A DNA stretch of 63,541 nucleotides, filler included, from an uncultured bacterium (GTDB lineage: Bacteria > CAZSTA01): NCBI GenBank assembly GCA_964609495.1. It is 2 parts of 2 records of this genome, joined end to end, with 100 filler letters (N's around TTAATTAATTAA, not from the genome) between each part and the next. Parts side by side here need not be neighbours in the genome. Positions count along the whole stretch, not along the records: positions 32,035 to 63,541 come from CAZSTA010000019.1; 1 more part is not named here. The stretch is one strand, 5' to 3'. This document shows, piece after piece, positions 48,395 to 59,110 of the stretch. Each line of letters starts with the position of its first letter. Positions within the stretch are counted from its first letter, which is position 1. The notes under the pieces were generated by a model. The model saw nothing but the letters and a program-made list of their open reading frames with translations. It searched no databases and was not told the origin of the DNA. Made by a program: the position numbers and the translations under genes.

Positions 48395-49342
48395 TTAAGG
48401 AGCAATAATTATCTTGATAGCCTCCTTTCTTTCTAATATCTTCAATGCCTCTAAATAATCAGTTAAAGGCATTGTCTTAGTGGTTAATTTCTTAACATTG
48501 ACCATCCCTTTTTCCAGGAGGCGAACTGCTGTTTCAAAGTTCTTCATTGGTTCCTTCCCCATGATCTTGGCATTCTTTATTACTAATTCGCGGTGAAACC
48601 AGATCGATTGGTCTACTAAAAAGTCCTCATCTGTATAACCAAAGATAATCACCTGTTCACCGGCTATCTGGAAAGAATTTTGGATTGATTTCGGATTCCC
48701 TGAACAATCTACAACCGTATTCACCTTAGAAGCAACTAACTCTTTGAAAGCATCTTTATCTTTAGGATTGATAACTTTATCCACTCCTAACTCTTTGCTC
48801 AACTCCAATCTATCATCAATTACATCTATTCCTACGATCTCGGTAGCTCCACTTATTTTTGCTAATTGAACAGCTATTAATCCTGCTCCCCCTAGTCCAG
48901 AGATCGCAGTACTTTTTCCTAATAGTGATCCAGCTAACCTGAAGGCATTGACCAGACAGGCGACCAATTCCCCAAAGGCAGCCTCCTCATACGAAAGCTG
49001 AGGCTTAAATTTGACTACTAGATGAGGATCACGAAGGACATACTCCGCATGTAATCCTCCTCCCCAACCAGTCATTGCTACTCGATCGTCCTCTTTAAGT
49101 TCAGTTACATTCTTTCCTACCTTTACAACTCGACCAGCTCCCTCATGTCCTGGATCCCCTAGAGAGCACGGATATCCTCTCCACATACTCTCTTTATATA
49201 AACCTTTATATACTTTTATCTCATGCATACTGCATATAGAGATTGCCTCAACTTTGACCAGCACCTGATCATCGCTAGGTTCTGGTATTCCAACATCTAC
49301 TATCTCCAATTGATAAGGAGCGTTTATTCTAAGTGCTTTCAA
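48395..49342 (-). CDS. Zn-binding medium-chain dehydrogenase
   Basis: ICSMHE, GHEGAG, GLGGAG. Confidence 0.85.
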   Translation of the reverse strand: MKALRINAPYQLEIVDVGIPEPSDDQVLVKVEAISICSMHEIKVYKGLYKESMWRGYPCSLGDPGHEGAGRVVKVGKNVTELKEDDRVAMTGWGGGLHAEYVLRDPHLVVKFKPQLSYEEAAFGELVACLVNAFRLAGSLLGKSTAISGLGGAGLIAVQLAKISGATEIVGIDVIDDRLELSKELGVDKVINPKDKDAFKELVASKVNTVVDCSGNPKSIQNSFQIAGEQVIIFGYTDEDFLVDQSIWFHRELVIKNAKIMGKEPMKNFETAVRLLEKGMVNVKKLTTKTMPLTDYLEALKILERKEAIKIIIAP

Positions 49343-49393
49343 TTCTACTACCTCTCTCTCCTAATTTTGAAGATAACCGCAATTATCATATCC

Positions 49394-50251
49394 TTATAGT
49401 ATCTCTGGATAGGATTCCCTGACTATTTCCCTTAAGTATTCCAAGCTCTCCTTTAGTGCCTGATCGGGATTCTCTGTCGGATGAATATCGAAAGCCAGAT
49501 ACCCCTTATAACCAACATTTTTAAGAGCAGTTATAAATTTAGAGAATCCCTCTCGTCCGATAGTTCCTTTCCCCAGCGGCCTAGCTTGATCTGCCGTAGC
49601 GTCGTTATCATCTAAGTGGACATAGACTAGTTTGTCTCCTACCTTCTCAACAGCCGCTCGCAGATCCTCACGGACAAGGTGATGATGTCCACAATCAATA
49701 TTTGCACCAACCCCGGGAACCTCCCTGGATAGAAGGATGAAGGAATCGGCATTTGCTATAAATGTTCCCGGCTCCGGCTCTATAGCAAAGGTTACCCCTT
49801 GCTCCTTAGCATAAGCAACGCTCTCTGCCACAAATTCAACAGTCCTCTGCCAGGCATCTTTGAATGATACCCCATCTGGTAAGGGGACAGTTATGCTAGT
49901 GACAATCTTCCCACCTAGCTTACGGCAAAGATCAAGAGAATCTTTCACGTATTGAATGGCTGACTTTCGCTCATCCACATCATCGTTACACATTCCTACG
50001 GGATGAAGATCAATGGTTACGAAGGTGAGATCTCCCTCTTGAGCTATCTTCTTCAACTTTGAGATCCTCTCATCATTAAAGGAACTGACCCCATTGCTGG
50101 GAAGTGCAGAGCGTTTCGCCATCTCATCCATCCAGACCCAGATCTCAACCCCATCTCCTCCTAAAGCAGATATCCTTTTTAATGCTTCCTCCAAGGGCAA
50201 TTTGTCCTTAACTCGACTTTCCCAAGCCCATGCTGGAAAACAGAATTTCAT
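49394..50251 (-). CDS. Sugar phosphate isomerase/epimerase (xylose-isomerase-like TIM barrel)
   Basis: GDGVEI, AIEPEP, NIDCGH, YVHLDDN, GYKGY. Confidence 0.85.
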   Translation of the reverse strand: MKFCFPAWAWESRVKDKLPLEEALKRISALGGDGVEIWVWMDEMAKRSALPSNGVSSFNDERISKLKKIAQEGDLTFVTIDLHPVGMCNDDVDERKSAIQYVKDSLDLCRKLGGKIVTSITVPLPDGVSFKDAWQRTVEFVAESVAYAKEQGVTFAIEPEPGTFIANADSFILLSREVPGVGANIDCGHHHLVREDLRAAVEKVGDKLVYVHLDDNDATADQARPLGKGTIGREGFSKFITALKNVGYKGYLAFDIHPTENPDQALKESLEYLREIVRESYPEIL

Positions 50252-50290
50252 AAGAAAATACTCCTTTCGTTATGGAAGATATTTAATACT

Positions 50291-51163
50291 CTATCCTTTC
50301 AATCCAGTTAGAGCGATCCCCTGAATAAAGGTTCTTTGAGTGAAGAAAAAGAGGATAATAATAGGGATCGTTATCGCCGTAGAAGCAGCCATCAGCAGAG
50401 CCCATTCGGACTCGTGCTGTCCAACAAACTGCTGTAATCCGATAGCAACCGTGTAATTTAACTCATCATTTATATAGATCAATGGCCCTAAGAAGTCATT
50501 CCATCTGCCTAAAAATTCGAAGAGAACTACTACAGCTAAAGCCGGCTTTGAGAGAGGGATAATTATCCTGGCATAAATCCCGAACTCGGAGCATCCATCT
50601 ATCTTGGCCGCATCCGATAACTCTTTCGGTATAGTCATAAAGAATTGGCGGAGAAGGAATATAAAGAAGGGACTTCCGAAGAAGGCAGGGACGATAAGAG
50701 GTTTGAAGGTACCAACCCACCCTAAACGCCTAAACAATATGAAAAGAGGGATCATAGTAACCTGAAAGGGAAGCATCATAGTGCTTAAGACTAGGATGAA
50801 GACCGCATTTCTCCATTTCCACTCCATCCGGGAGAAAGCATAAGCTACTAAGGAGCTCGAGATCATAGTTCCTATAACACAGAGAATACAATAAAATAAA
50901 GTATTCTTTAAATAGGTCAGGAAAGGGAAGATCATCAAGGCCCGAGGGAAATTGCTCCATATTACAGGATTTGGAATCCAAACCGGTGGGATGTTAAAGA
51001 TCTGAAGATCCGATTTTAGAGAGGTGGAGAGCATCCAAAAGAAAGGGAGCATAAAGAAGAAGCCCGAGGAGATCAGGATTATATGCGTTATTCCTTTTCC
51101 TACTCTATTTTGAAAGCTTTTACTTTTGAATAGGACGAAGCCCTTTTTCGAATTTACTTGCAT
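50291..51163 (-). CDS. Carbohydrate ABC transporter permease
   Basis: IPKELSDAAKIDG EAA loop, WNDFLGPL. Confidence 0.93.
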   Translation of the reverse strand: MQVNSKKGFVLFKSKSFQNRVGKGITHIILISSGFFFMLPFFWMLSTSLKSDLQIFNIPPVWIPNPVIWSNFPRALMIFPFLTYLKNTLFYCILCVIGTMISSSLVAYAFSRMEWKWRNAVFILVLSTMMLPFQVTMIPLFILFRRLGWVGTFKPLIVPAFFGSPFFIFLLRQFFMTIPKELSDAAKIDGCSEFGIYARIIIPLSKPALAVVVLFEFLGRWNDFLGPLIYINDELNYTVAIGLQQFVGQHESEWALLMAASTAITIPIIILFFFTQRTFIQGIALTGLKG

Positions 51164-51165
51164 AG

Positions 51166-52059
51166 TTACTTCCCTCCATAATATACCCATCTTGCCGAGC
51201 TTCTCAAGATCAGAAGTGTACAAGATAAGATAAGGAAGAACAATAGCCAGGCTAAGGCACAGGCATATCCCATCCTAAAGTATTGAAAAGCGTTGCGATA
51301 GAGGTAAAGGGAGTAGAATAGAGTGGAGTTTATAGGGCCTCCGCCAGTCATAATATAAGCTTGGGTAAAATATTGAAAGGAGCCAATTAGCCCCATTATT
51401 ACATTGAATAGGATAACTGGGCTCAACATCGGGATAGTTATAAAGATGATCTTGTGCCACCACTGGGCGCCATCTATATCCGCTGCTTCATATAATTGTT
51501 GAGGGATCCCCTGCAATCCAGCAAGGTAGATGATTATTGCCCCTCCAACTCCCCAGAGGCCCATCAGGATGAGAGCTGGTTTGGACCAAGTCGGACTAGC
51601 TAGCCAGGAGATGTGAGGAAGTCTAAATAATCTGAAGAGGTTATTTAAAATTCCATGAGAGGGATTAAAGATCCATAGCCACACTACCGAGGAAGCTACT
51701 ACCGGAACTATGGATGGTAGGTAAAAGATGGTGCGATAGAGTGCTACCCCTCTGATCTTGACATTTAGCAGAAGCGCTAAGGTGATGCTCATAAGCGTTC
51801 CTAGGATAATTGAGAAAGAGGCGAAATATAAGGTGTTTACGAGAGCTGTCCAGAAGAGATCATCCTCAAAGAAGAGCATCTTATAGTTATCCAACCCGAT
51901 CCATTGAGGAGGAAGCATCCCTCCATAGCGAGTGAAGCTATAGCGAAGAGAAGATAACATCGGATAGACCACAAAAAGTGTAAAACCTATTATCCAAGGT
52001 GACAAAAATAATAACACATTTCTAACATTTCTTACCTTTAATCTACTTCCCCTTATCAC
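51166..52059 (-). CDS. Carbohydrate ABC transporter permease
   Basis: LAGLQGIPQQLYEAADIDGA. Confidence 0.93.
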   Translation of the reverse strand: MIRGSRLKVRNVRNVLLFLSPWIIGFTLFVVYPMLSSLRYSFTRYGGMLPPQWIGLDNYKMLFFEDDLFWTALVNTLYFASFSIILGTLMSITLALLLNVKIRGVALYRTIFYLPSIVPVVASSVVWLWIFNPSHGILNNLFRLFRLPHISWLASPTWSKPALILMGLWGVGGAIIIYLAGLQGIPQQLYEAADIDGAQWWHKIIFITIPMLSPVILFNVIMGLIGSFQYFTQAYIMTGGGPINSTLFYSLYLYRNAFQYFRMGYACALAWLLFFLILSCTLLILRSSARWVYYGGK

Positions 52060-52093
52060 AATCGCCTCACCCTCTTAAATTTAGGATATTTTG

Positions 52094-52123
52094 GGGTCTG
52101 TCAGGTAGGAGCCTGGCAGACCC
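52094..52123 (-). other. Stem-loop between binding-protein and permease genes
   Basis: GGGTCTGTCAGG-6nt-CCTGGCAGACCC; typical differential-stability hairpin. Confidence 0.6.
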
Positions 52124-52130
52124 TCTAGTT

Positions 52131-53444
52131 CTACTTACCTTTGAGTGCTCTATCCAGCTCCTTCTGAACCTTAGCGGTGACGTCGTCCATTGCCTGCTGA
52201 GGTGTCTTCTTCCCCCAGCGAACGGCATCATACGCTGCCGATAGCTCGTTTTGATATAGAATGGTTACCGGGGTAAAGGGGGCTTTCTTCACGTTAGGGG
52301 AACCTAGAATATCCACAAAATTCACGAAGCCTGGAGCCATCCCCTCCAAGAATTCCTTGGAGTGAGCAGCCTCTATATGGGTGGGAGTAGAGCCTCCTGT
52401 TCCCGCGGCTAAATCTAAAACCTGCTGTTTCTCCATAGCCCACCTGATGAATACCCAAGCCTCATCAGGATTCTTAGCTCCCGTTGGAATCAGATAAGCG
52501 TTGCCTTCGGTGAAGGTACATTTCTCTCGCCCACCTGGTGGATAGGGAAGAGGAGTCAGGCCAAATTTTATCTTGGAGTAACGGGCCTGATTCTTAAGAG
52601 CCCACTGTCCGAAATACCACATCGCGATCTTGCCTGTGTAAGTGGGTCCCTCAGCGATGGTAGACCCTGGATAACCTCCAGCTTGTAGGGCACTAGTAGC
52701 GAAATCTGATAACTTCTGCATCCCATATTTATTGACATAGCTATCCAATTCCCACTCGAGTTCCTTCATGATCTTCGGATCATTTGCGGTTATCTTCTTG
52801 TTAGCCTCATCGTAGAATTCCCCTCCGAAGACATATCCCCAAGTGAATATCCACCAGGGTCCCGGAATCCAGGGAGCAAAGCCCAATCTCTCAATAGTTC
52901 CATCGGCCTTAACCTTTGTCAACTTCTCTGCATAAGCGTCCAGCTCAGCAATGGTGAGAGGCGGCTTGTTCGGATCCAATCCCACTTCCTCCATGACATC
53001 TATATTGTAGTGAAGGAGCCAGCTATTAAGAGACCAAGAGAGACCATAGACATGGCCGTCGTAGATTGAGAGATCCTTGACTACTGGCCAATACTCCTCC
53101 CAGGGGAAATCCTTCGCGTATTCGTCTAGAGGCATCAACATCCCAGCTGCTCCCCACTCAGGGATTGTCCAGGTCCAAAGGTCGGTCACATCAGGTGGTT
53201 TTCCTCCAGCTATCGCGGTTCTTGCCTTATCAACGATGCCTTCAGGGATTCCAACTGCCTTTATTTGGATATCGGGGTGAGTCTTGTTGAAGGCATCTAT
53301 CAACTCCTGCTCGGCAGCTCCCTCCATCGGGGTGGTTCGGTAGTGCCAGAAGGTTATGGTCTTAGCTGCAAAGGTTGTTGAGGAACTAGCTAAGGCAACC
53401 ATAATGAACAGGGCAAACACTCCTATTCCTAGTTTTTTAAACAT
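52131..53444 (-). CDS. Carbohydrate ABC transporter solute-binding protein
   Basis: Signal peptide, TITFWH, FNKTHPDI, GKPPDV, YDGHVYGL, GKIAM. Confidence 0.9.
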   Translation of the reverse strand: MFKKLGIGVFALFIMVALASSSTTFAAKTITFWHYRTTPMEGAAEQELIDAFNKTHPDIQIKAVGIPEGIVDKARTAIAGGKPPDVTDLWTWTIPEWGAAGMLMPLDEYAKDFPWEEYWPVVKDLSIYDGHVYGLSWSLNSWLLHYNIDVMEEVGLDPNKPPLTIAELDAYAEKLTKVKADGTIERLGFAPWIPGPWWIFTWGYVFGGEFYDEANKKITANDPKIMKELEWELDSYVNKYGMQKLSDFATSALQAGGYPGSTIAEGPTYTGKIAMWYFGQWALKNQARYSKIKFGLTPLPYPPGGREKCTFTEGNAYLIPTGAKNPDEAWVFIRWAMEKQQVLDLAAGTGGSTPTHIEAAHSKEFLEGMAPGFVNFVDILGSPNVKKAPFTPVTILYQNELSAAYDAVRWGKKTPQQAMDDVTAKVQKELDRALKGK

Positions 53445-53504
53445 CTTTTCATAACACCTCACTTTTTTAATATTTTTGTCTGTTTTAAGTTACAAAACGA
53501 ATTT

Positions 53505-55070
53505 CTAGGAGAAGTTATCCCCCCTCTCTTCTAAGGATTTAAATTGGTTGAGGTTGACTTTAGATAGCCGGTGATATTTATCCTTCAAGATAGGATATAA
53601 TTCCCGATAAATCTCGTAATACCTAGTATATAGGGAATAAAGCGAACTGTCAGGCTCGACCAGCTCAGATGGAATATCAGCTAGGTTAGCTCCCGCCTCA
53701 TAGTGATCCTGAAATATCCCTGCTCCGATCCCTCCTAAGATCGCGGCTCCTAGAACTGCTGTCTCCGAAAACTTCACCACCTCAATAGGTTTTCCCGTGA
53801 TATCCGCCTTAATCTGATTCCAAAGGCGATTTTTAGTTCCCCCTCCTACTGCTCGAATAAGCGATATCTCCTCCCCCAGGTGAGCCTCGGCGATCTCGAT
53901 GATCTGACGCAACCCATATCCTATTCCTTCTAGGACAGCTCTGCTTAAGTCAGCTCTCTTGATATCAAGCGAAAGGCCGAGGAAAGCTCCTCTGAGATCG
54001 GGATCCCAGAAGGGGGTTCTCTCCCCCATCAGATAAGGAAGGAAGAGCAGCCCTTTAGCCCCAGGTCGAGCGCTTCTGGCTTCGAGGAAAAGTTTCTCAT
54101 GAGTCTCATCATCCGTCATTCCTTCTGGGTAAAATTGTCTCTTGAACCAATCTATCGCTGAGCCGGAGGTAGACATAGCTCCGTGAAGTAGAAAGCGTTC
54201 GGGGAGCACGTGATAACGATTCAAGAATCTGATATCGAACTCAGGAAACTTAGAGCAAATCGTTAGAACTTCGGTGGCACCACTTGAGAGGAATATCTGA
54301 CCATGCTCAACTATTCCAACTCCCAGGGCTGAACAAGCTGTATCGGCCCCTCCTATCGTCACTGGAACGCCGATTCTCAAGCCAGTCTCTTCCGATGCTC
54401 TCTTTGTGATCTTCCCTATAACTGAGGTCGAAGATATCACAGAGGGTAATTTCTCCCGCGGTATATCAATTTCACCCCATAGACTATCTAACCAAACTCC
54501 CTCTTTTATCCCAAATAATCCAGTGAAGGACGCATTAGTATAGTCCATTACGAACTTGCCGGTCAAGCGATGAGCTAGGAAGCTATTACCATGTCCAAAA
54601 TATCTCGCCCTCTCATATATCTCAGGTTCATTCTCTCTTATCCATAACATACTTGTTATAGAGATGGTACCCGGTGAGATTCTGTTTCCTGTCATCTCAA
54701 AGATATTGTTCAGTCCTATTCTAGTGAGTAAGCGATCGGCTTGAGGGATGCTTCTTCGATCAAGATAGATTATCGCCGGCCGCAAAGCCTCCCCTTCAGG
54801 ATTCATTGCTACTAGAGCAGGACAGAGAGTACTCAGACCAATGCTTACGATCTCATCTTTAGATATCTTGGCCCTTCTCGTTGCTATCTCAAACGACTCC
54901 AAAAATCCTCTCCACCACTTCAAGGGAGATATCTCCACCCATCCAACCTGAGGATGTTCGAGTTGATAGGAGGTGGAAGCAAAACCCCGTAATTCCCCCT
55001 TGGTATTAAATATTCCCACCTTTACGCTGGTGGTACCCGTATCTACTCCCAGAAGATATATATCACTCAT
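53505..55070 (-). CDS. FGGY-family carbohydrate kinase
   Basis: GVDTGTTSVK, DRRS, GGADTAC, LPYLMGERTP, VGGG. Confidence 0.92.
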   Translation of the reverse strand: MSDIYLLGVDTGTTSVKVGIFNTKGELRGFASTSYQLEHPQVGWVEISPLKWWRGFLESFEIATRRAKISKDEIVSIGLSTLCPALVAMNPEGEALRPAIIYLDRRSIPQADRLLTRIGLNNIFEMTGNRISPGTISITSMLWIRENEPEIYERARYFGHGNSFLAHRLTGKFVMDYTNASFTGLFGIKEGVWLDSLWGEIDIPREKLPSVISSTSVIGKITKRASEETGLRIGVPVTIGGADTACSALGVGIVEHGQIFLSSGATEVLTICSKFPEFDIRFLNRYHVLPERFLLHGAMSTSGSAIDWFKRQFYPEGMTDDETHEKLFLEARSARPGAKGLLFLPYLMGERTPFWDPDLRGAFLGLSLDIKRADLSRAVLEGIGYGLRQIIEIAEAHLGEEISLIRAVGGGTKNRLWNQIKADITGKPIEVVKFSETAVLGAAILGGIGAGIFQDHYEAGANLADIPSELVEPDSSLYSLYTRYYEIYRELYPILKDKYHRLSKVNLNQFKSLEERGDNFS

Positions 55071-55082
55071 CTTAAAAGGATT

Positions 55083-55814
55083 TTATCCCACAACCTGATA
55101 TTTCTTGAGCACCTTCGGATCATGACCGGGAAGTATGATATCTCCTTCTTCTCTAATACGCCTCATAGCTAAGAGACACTCCTTAACACTCGTTGTCAAC
55201 CCTACCGGGATATCCTCCTCAAGATTACGGTAGGTAAAGACTACATCTCCAGCTATGATCGCTCTTCCTTCCCTAGTATCTATCGCGACTGACTGATGGC
55301 CAGGGGAGTGTCCTCCGGTCCAGAACACCCTAAGGCCCGGTAATATCTCCTTGTCTCCTTCGATTAAGCGTAATCTAGAGGAGTAATCATCGATCAACTT
55401 CTTTATACTTTCCTTAACTATAAATTGGGTGAACCAGGGATGAGAAGGAGCTGTGCTTGCGATCATCTCCTTTCTCTGAAGAACCAACTCAGCGTTAGGA
55501 AATAGATCTAAAGTTGGTGATAGATGATCGAAATGAGCATGAGTAAGAATTACAATTTCTACTTCCTCGGGATCGACTTCGAGCTTTTTCAACTGATTTA
55601 AAGGTCTCTCTTCATCCACTTGTCTCATCTCTGGCATGAAGCGATGAGCCAAATCTAAGTCGAAACCAGTATCAACTAAGACGATCTTGTCATTTCCTCG
55701 AATGAGCCACATATAGTAGTAGAACATAACTTTTTTGCCCCAGTCATTCAAGAAGTAGGCTAGAGGTCCTTCATTTTCGCACTCTCCCACTTTGATAGGA
55801 TATATCCTATACAT
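55083..55814 (-). CDS. Metallo-beta-lactamase-fold lactonase (AHL-lactonase family)
   Basis: VDTG, THAHFDH, GGHSPGHQ, AGD, PGHDP. Confidence 0.85.
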   Translation of the reverse strand: MYRIYPIKVGECENEGPLAYFLNDWGKKVMFYYYMWLIRGNDKIVLVDTGFDLDLAHRFMPEMRQVDEERPLNQLKKLEVDPEEVEIVILTHAHFDHLSPTLDLFPNAELVLQRKEMIASTAPSHPWFTQFIVKESIKKLIDDYSSRLRLIEGDKEILPGLRVFWTGGHSPGHQSVAIDTREGRAIIAGDVVFTYRNLEEDIPVGLTTSVKECLLAMRRIREEGDIILPGHDPKVLKKYQVVG

Positions 55815-56613
55815 CGGCCTTTAACACCTCCAGAGCCCCTTGAACCGAGGAATCGTCGTGAATTATCATACTTAGCGCTCTGATAAGGCAAGGGGGATCC
55901 TGATACTGCCAGATATTTCTCCCATAGGTAACACCTACGGCTCCCGCAGATAAAGAATCTTTTGTCATCCTAAGGAGCTCCTCGATGGATTCTAGCTTAG
56001 GACCACCAGCTACAACTACTCTGGTGGGGCAGGATTCGACGACCTTGCGAAAGGTCTCAGCTGATCCAGTATACCATGTCTTCACTATATCCACTCCCAA
56101 CTCTGCCCCCACTCTAGCAGCATAAGCTATGTTAGAAGGTGAATATCTATCCTCATCGGGGATCTTACTCCCTCCAGGATAAATATGAGCTATTACCGGA
56201 AGTCCAGCTGAAGCCGCCTCTTTAGTGAGCATACCAAGATTTCGTAGCATCTCAGGCTGTTCGTCTCCTCCGACGATCACCCCCATAGAGATAGCCTCTG
56301 CTCCTAATCTGATAGCTTCCTCCACCTGAGTTACCCAGGTATCGTAGGTGGGATGATAGGGAGAGAAACTGGTGCACTTCAGGATTAGGGCAATCTCCCC
56401 TGTATAATCCTCGAAGAAGTGCTCAGCAATTCCCTTATGCATCGTTATAGCATCAGGCTTCCCTTCGGCTATCTGCTCCAATTTCTTCCCTATCTGCTCA
56501 AGGCCAGGCAATATTCCTCTAGCGATCCCATGGTCAATCGCTACTCCTAAAAATCTTTCGAACCTCCTCTTCATTATCCTCTTTAATCTGATCTTCTTTC
56601 CCAGAAAAGACAT
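55807..56613 (-). CDS. DhnA/LsrF-family class I aldolase
   Basis: AIDHG, AELGVDIVKT Schiff-base Lys, AGGPK, GRNIWQ. Confidence 0.88.
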   Translation of the reverse strand: MSFLGKKIRLKRIMKRRFERFLGVAIDHGIARGILPGLEQIGKKLEQIAEGKPDAITMHKGIAEHFFEDYTGEIALILKCTSFSPYHPTYDTWVTQVEEAIRLGAEAISMGVIVGGDEQPEMLRNLGMLTKEAASAGLPVIAHIYPGGSKIPDEDRYSPSNIAYAARVGAELGVDIVKTWYTGSAETFRKVVESCPTRVVVAGGPKLESIEELLRMTKDSLSAGAVGVTYGRNIWQYQDPPCLIRALSMIIHDDSSVQGALEVLKADV

Positions 56614-56621
56614 AACTTACC

Positions 56622-57659
56622 TCATGGATTGATAATTATTTTAAGACCCTCGAAGTTAGCTGCCATATCGAAAGCTTTATCTATTTCCTCAAGAGGAAAC
56701 CTGTGAGATATAAACTTGTTGAGATCGATCATCGAGGCTTTTGCTAGGGATAAAGCCTCCCTGTATTGAAAGGGGGTTGAGGCACTCGTTCCTGTGACAA
56801 TCAACTCATTATAGTGGATCAAATTCATATCGATCTTCATTTTCTCCGCCTCGGGAAAGCCAGCGAATAGGTTCAATACTCCCCCTTTTTTGAGCATTCC
56901 CATAAGCTCATCTACTAAACCAGTGATGCCCTTTGCCATTATCACCGTATCGGCTCTCAATCCATTGGTCTCCTCCAGAACCACCTCAGCAAGATTCTGT
57001 TCCTGTGGATCGACACATCTATCTGCCCCAAACTCCTGAGCCGATCTACGTCTGCTTTCAAGTGGCTCACTTACTATCACCTGAGCCGCTCCAACTATTT
57101 TAGACAAGCGAAGATGCATCAGGCCTATAGGTCCCGCACCAATTATTACCACCACGCTGTTTAACCCGACTTTTGCCTTTCTGATACCGTTGATACAGCA
57201 AGCCAAAGGCTCTAGGAGAGAAGCTTCGTCATAGGAGAGGCTATCGGGTATCTTGACGACATTGCCCGACTTTATAGCCTGGGCTGGAACTCTCATATAC
57301 TCTGCCATGCCGCCATCATATTCATAGCCGATAGCTGTTCTATTCAGACACATATTTTCCATACCTTTCATACAATAATAACAAGATTTACATGGTATGA
57401 CTGGAGCGATCGCCACGCGATCACCCTCTTTGAAAGTTGGTACCTCACCTCCTATCTCAACTACCTCTCCTGATACCTCATGGCCAAGAATTGAGGGGAT
57501 CCTCACTCCTCTAGTTTTCTCCTCTCGAATTATCCTAATATCCGTGCTGCAGATGGCACATGATTTAACTCTAAGTAGAATCTCACCAGAAGTTATTGTT
57601 GGTCTATCTACTTCTCTTATCTCTATGGATTGCTTCCCCAAGAATATAGCAGCTCGCAT
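56622..57659 (-). CDS. Zn-dependent polyol dehydrogenase
   Basis: ICSTD, GHEVSG, CxxCxxCx7C, EPLAC, GAGPIG. Confidence 0.9.
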   Translation of the reverse strand: MRAAIFLGKQSIEIREVDRPTITSGEILLRVKSCAICSTDIRIIREEKTRGVRIPSILGHEVSGEVVEIGGEVPTFKEGDRVAIAPVIPCKSCYYCMKGMENMCLNRTAIGYEYDGGMAEYMRVPAQAIKSGNVVKIPDSLSYDEASLLEPLACCINGIRKAKVGLNSVVVIIGAGPIGLMHLRLSKIVGAAQVIVSEPLESRRRSAQEFGADRCVDPQEQNLAEVVLEETNGLRADTVIMAKGITGLVDELMGMLKKGGVLNLFAGFPEAEKMKIDMNLIHYNELIVTGTSASTPFQYREALSLAKASMIDLNKFISHRFPLEEIDKAFDMAANFEGLKIIINP

Positions 57660-57675
57660 ATGAATCGGTAGCTCC

Positions 57676-58089
57676 TTAAAGCTCTGGAGCTAAGGCCCAT
57701 AATACATCTAACCTCTCTCCAGAGAAATTATACCATTGATGTTTAAGGTCAGCGGGTAGGTAGAAGCCTTCGCCTTCCTTCACCTTATATATCTGGGTAT
57801 CGTCTACTACCACTACTCCCTTGCCCTTCAAGATGTAATATACCTCATCTCCCTTATGAGGAGCTGAAGGATCGAGATTATCGAATGGTGATACATAAAA
57901 TATACCGAAGTGGATCTTATCAGTGCTTGCGAAAATCTCGATTAATCCTTTCTTTTCCTCTCCGTGAATAAGAGGGAGCTTATCCTTCTCCGAGATCACC
58001 ATACAACGCTTATCCTCCGGCTTGAATGGATATTTCCCTTGCCAAAGGAGTCTTTCTCTCCACTCATCACCTTTCTTCTCCTCGCTCAT
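57676..58089 (-). CDS. Cupin-domain protein
   Basis: PHKGDEVYYILKG, PADLKHQWYN. Confidence 0.85.
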   Translation of the reverse strand: MSEEKKGDEWRERLLWQGKYPFKPEDKRCMVISEKDKLPLIHGEEKKGLIEIFASTDKIHFGIFYVSPFDNLDPSAPHKGDEVYYILKGKGVVVVDDTQIYKVKEGEGFYLPADLKHQWYNFSGERLDVLWALAPEL

Positions 58090-58126
58090 CCGAAATGACC
58101 TCCTTTTCCGCTTTACTCCAAAAATC

Positions 58127-58999
58127 CTAATATCTCTTTCCTACAGTAGCTTTCCTGGTTTTCCTGATATTCTCCGCCGATTGTTCGTATCTCTTCAAAG
58201 CCACGCCAACGTATAAAGCATCGATAATAGTTAGTTGGGCGATTCGAGAGGCAGTGGCATCGCTCTTGAAAGCTGTCTCTCTAGAAGCAGTGAAGAGCTT
58301 AATATCAGCGATGTTTACTATCGGCGATCGGGCGTGATTGGTTATGCAGATAGTAGTTGCTCCGGCTTCCTTGGCTATCTGAAGAGCTTCCACCGTATCT
58401 CTAATGCTTCCCGTATGGGAGATTCCAATGACGACATCCTCTTTACCGAGCAAAGAAGCTGACATAACTTGAAGGTTACAATCCACTAAGGCTATGCAGG
58501 GTATCCCAATCTTTAAGAATTTATGATAAGCATCCTGAGCTACACATCCAGACCCTCCCATCCCATAAAAATCTACTCTTCTAGCTTTGGCTATTGCTTC
58601 TACTGCTCTCTCCAATTCAGAGTTTTCGAGTACCTCTAAAGTATCATGTAGCGCTCCAGCATTCGCTATAAATATCTTCCTTTTAATAGTATCTATATCA
58701 TCTTCCTCATTTATCTCTTCATGGATACTCTGGATGGGATTTATCAAATCTTGCTCTAATAGGATCTTCAACTCCTGGTAACCCTTATAGCCTATTCTTT
58801 GACAAAATCTCACTATACTTGACTCGCTGGTACTAGTTCTATCTGCTAACTCAGTAACCGAAAGATGGATAACCTCCTCAGGATGCTTCAGAATATAATC
58901 ACCTATTTTCTTCTCGGTAGCTCTTAATCCTTCGTAGTTACCCTTGATTCTTATAAAGCACCCGGGTATCTCTTTAACATTTATATTATCCTTAGACAT
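58127..58999 (-). CDS. RpiR/MurR-family regulator
   Basis: SESSIVRFCQRIGYKGY HTH; SIS domain GMGGS, ISHTG. Confidence 0.93.
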   Translation of the reverse strand: MSKDNINVKEIPGCFIRIKGNYEGLRATEKKIGDYILKHPEEVIHLSVTELADRTSTSESSIVRFCQRIGYKGYQELKILLEQDLINPIQSIHEEINEEDDIDTIKRKIFIANAGALHDTLEVLENSELERAVEAIAKARRVDFYGMGGSGCVAQDAYHKFLKIGIPCIALVDCNLQVMSASLLGKEDVVIGISHTGSIRDTVEALQIAKEAGATTICITNHARSPIVNIADIKLFTASRETAFKSDATASRIAQLTIIDALYVGVALKRYEQSAENIRKTRKATVGKRY

Positions 59000-59035
59000 T
59001 TGCTACCTCTAATCAATAAATTTTTAGTGTATCTC

Positions 59036-59110
59036 GAAAATGTTCGGAACAATTTCCTAAATTGAATCTGAACTATAGCTAATTATATCATACTTTTGAA
59101 AAAATTTCAA
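59036..59110. promoter_or_regulatory. Candidate RpiR operators
   Basis: GAAAATGTTCGGAACAATTTC and TTGAAAAAATTTCAA dyads upstream of rpiR. Confidence 0.45.
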
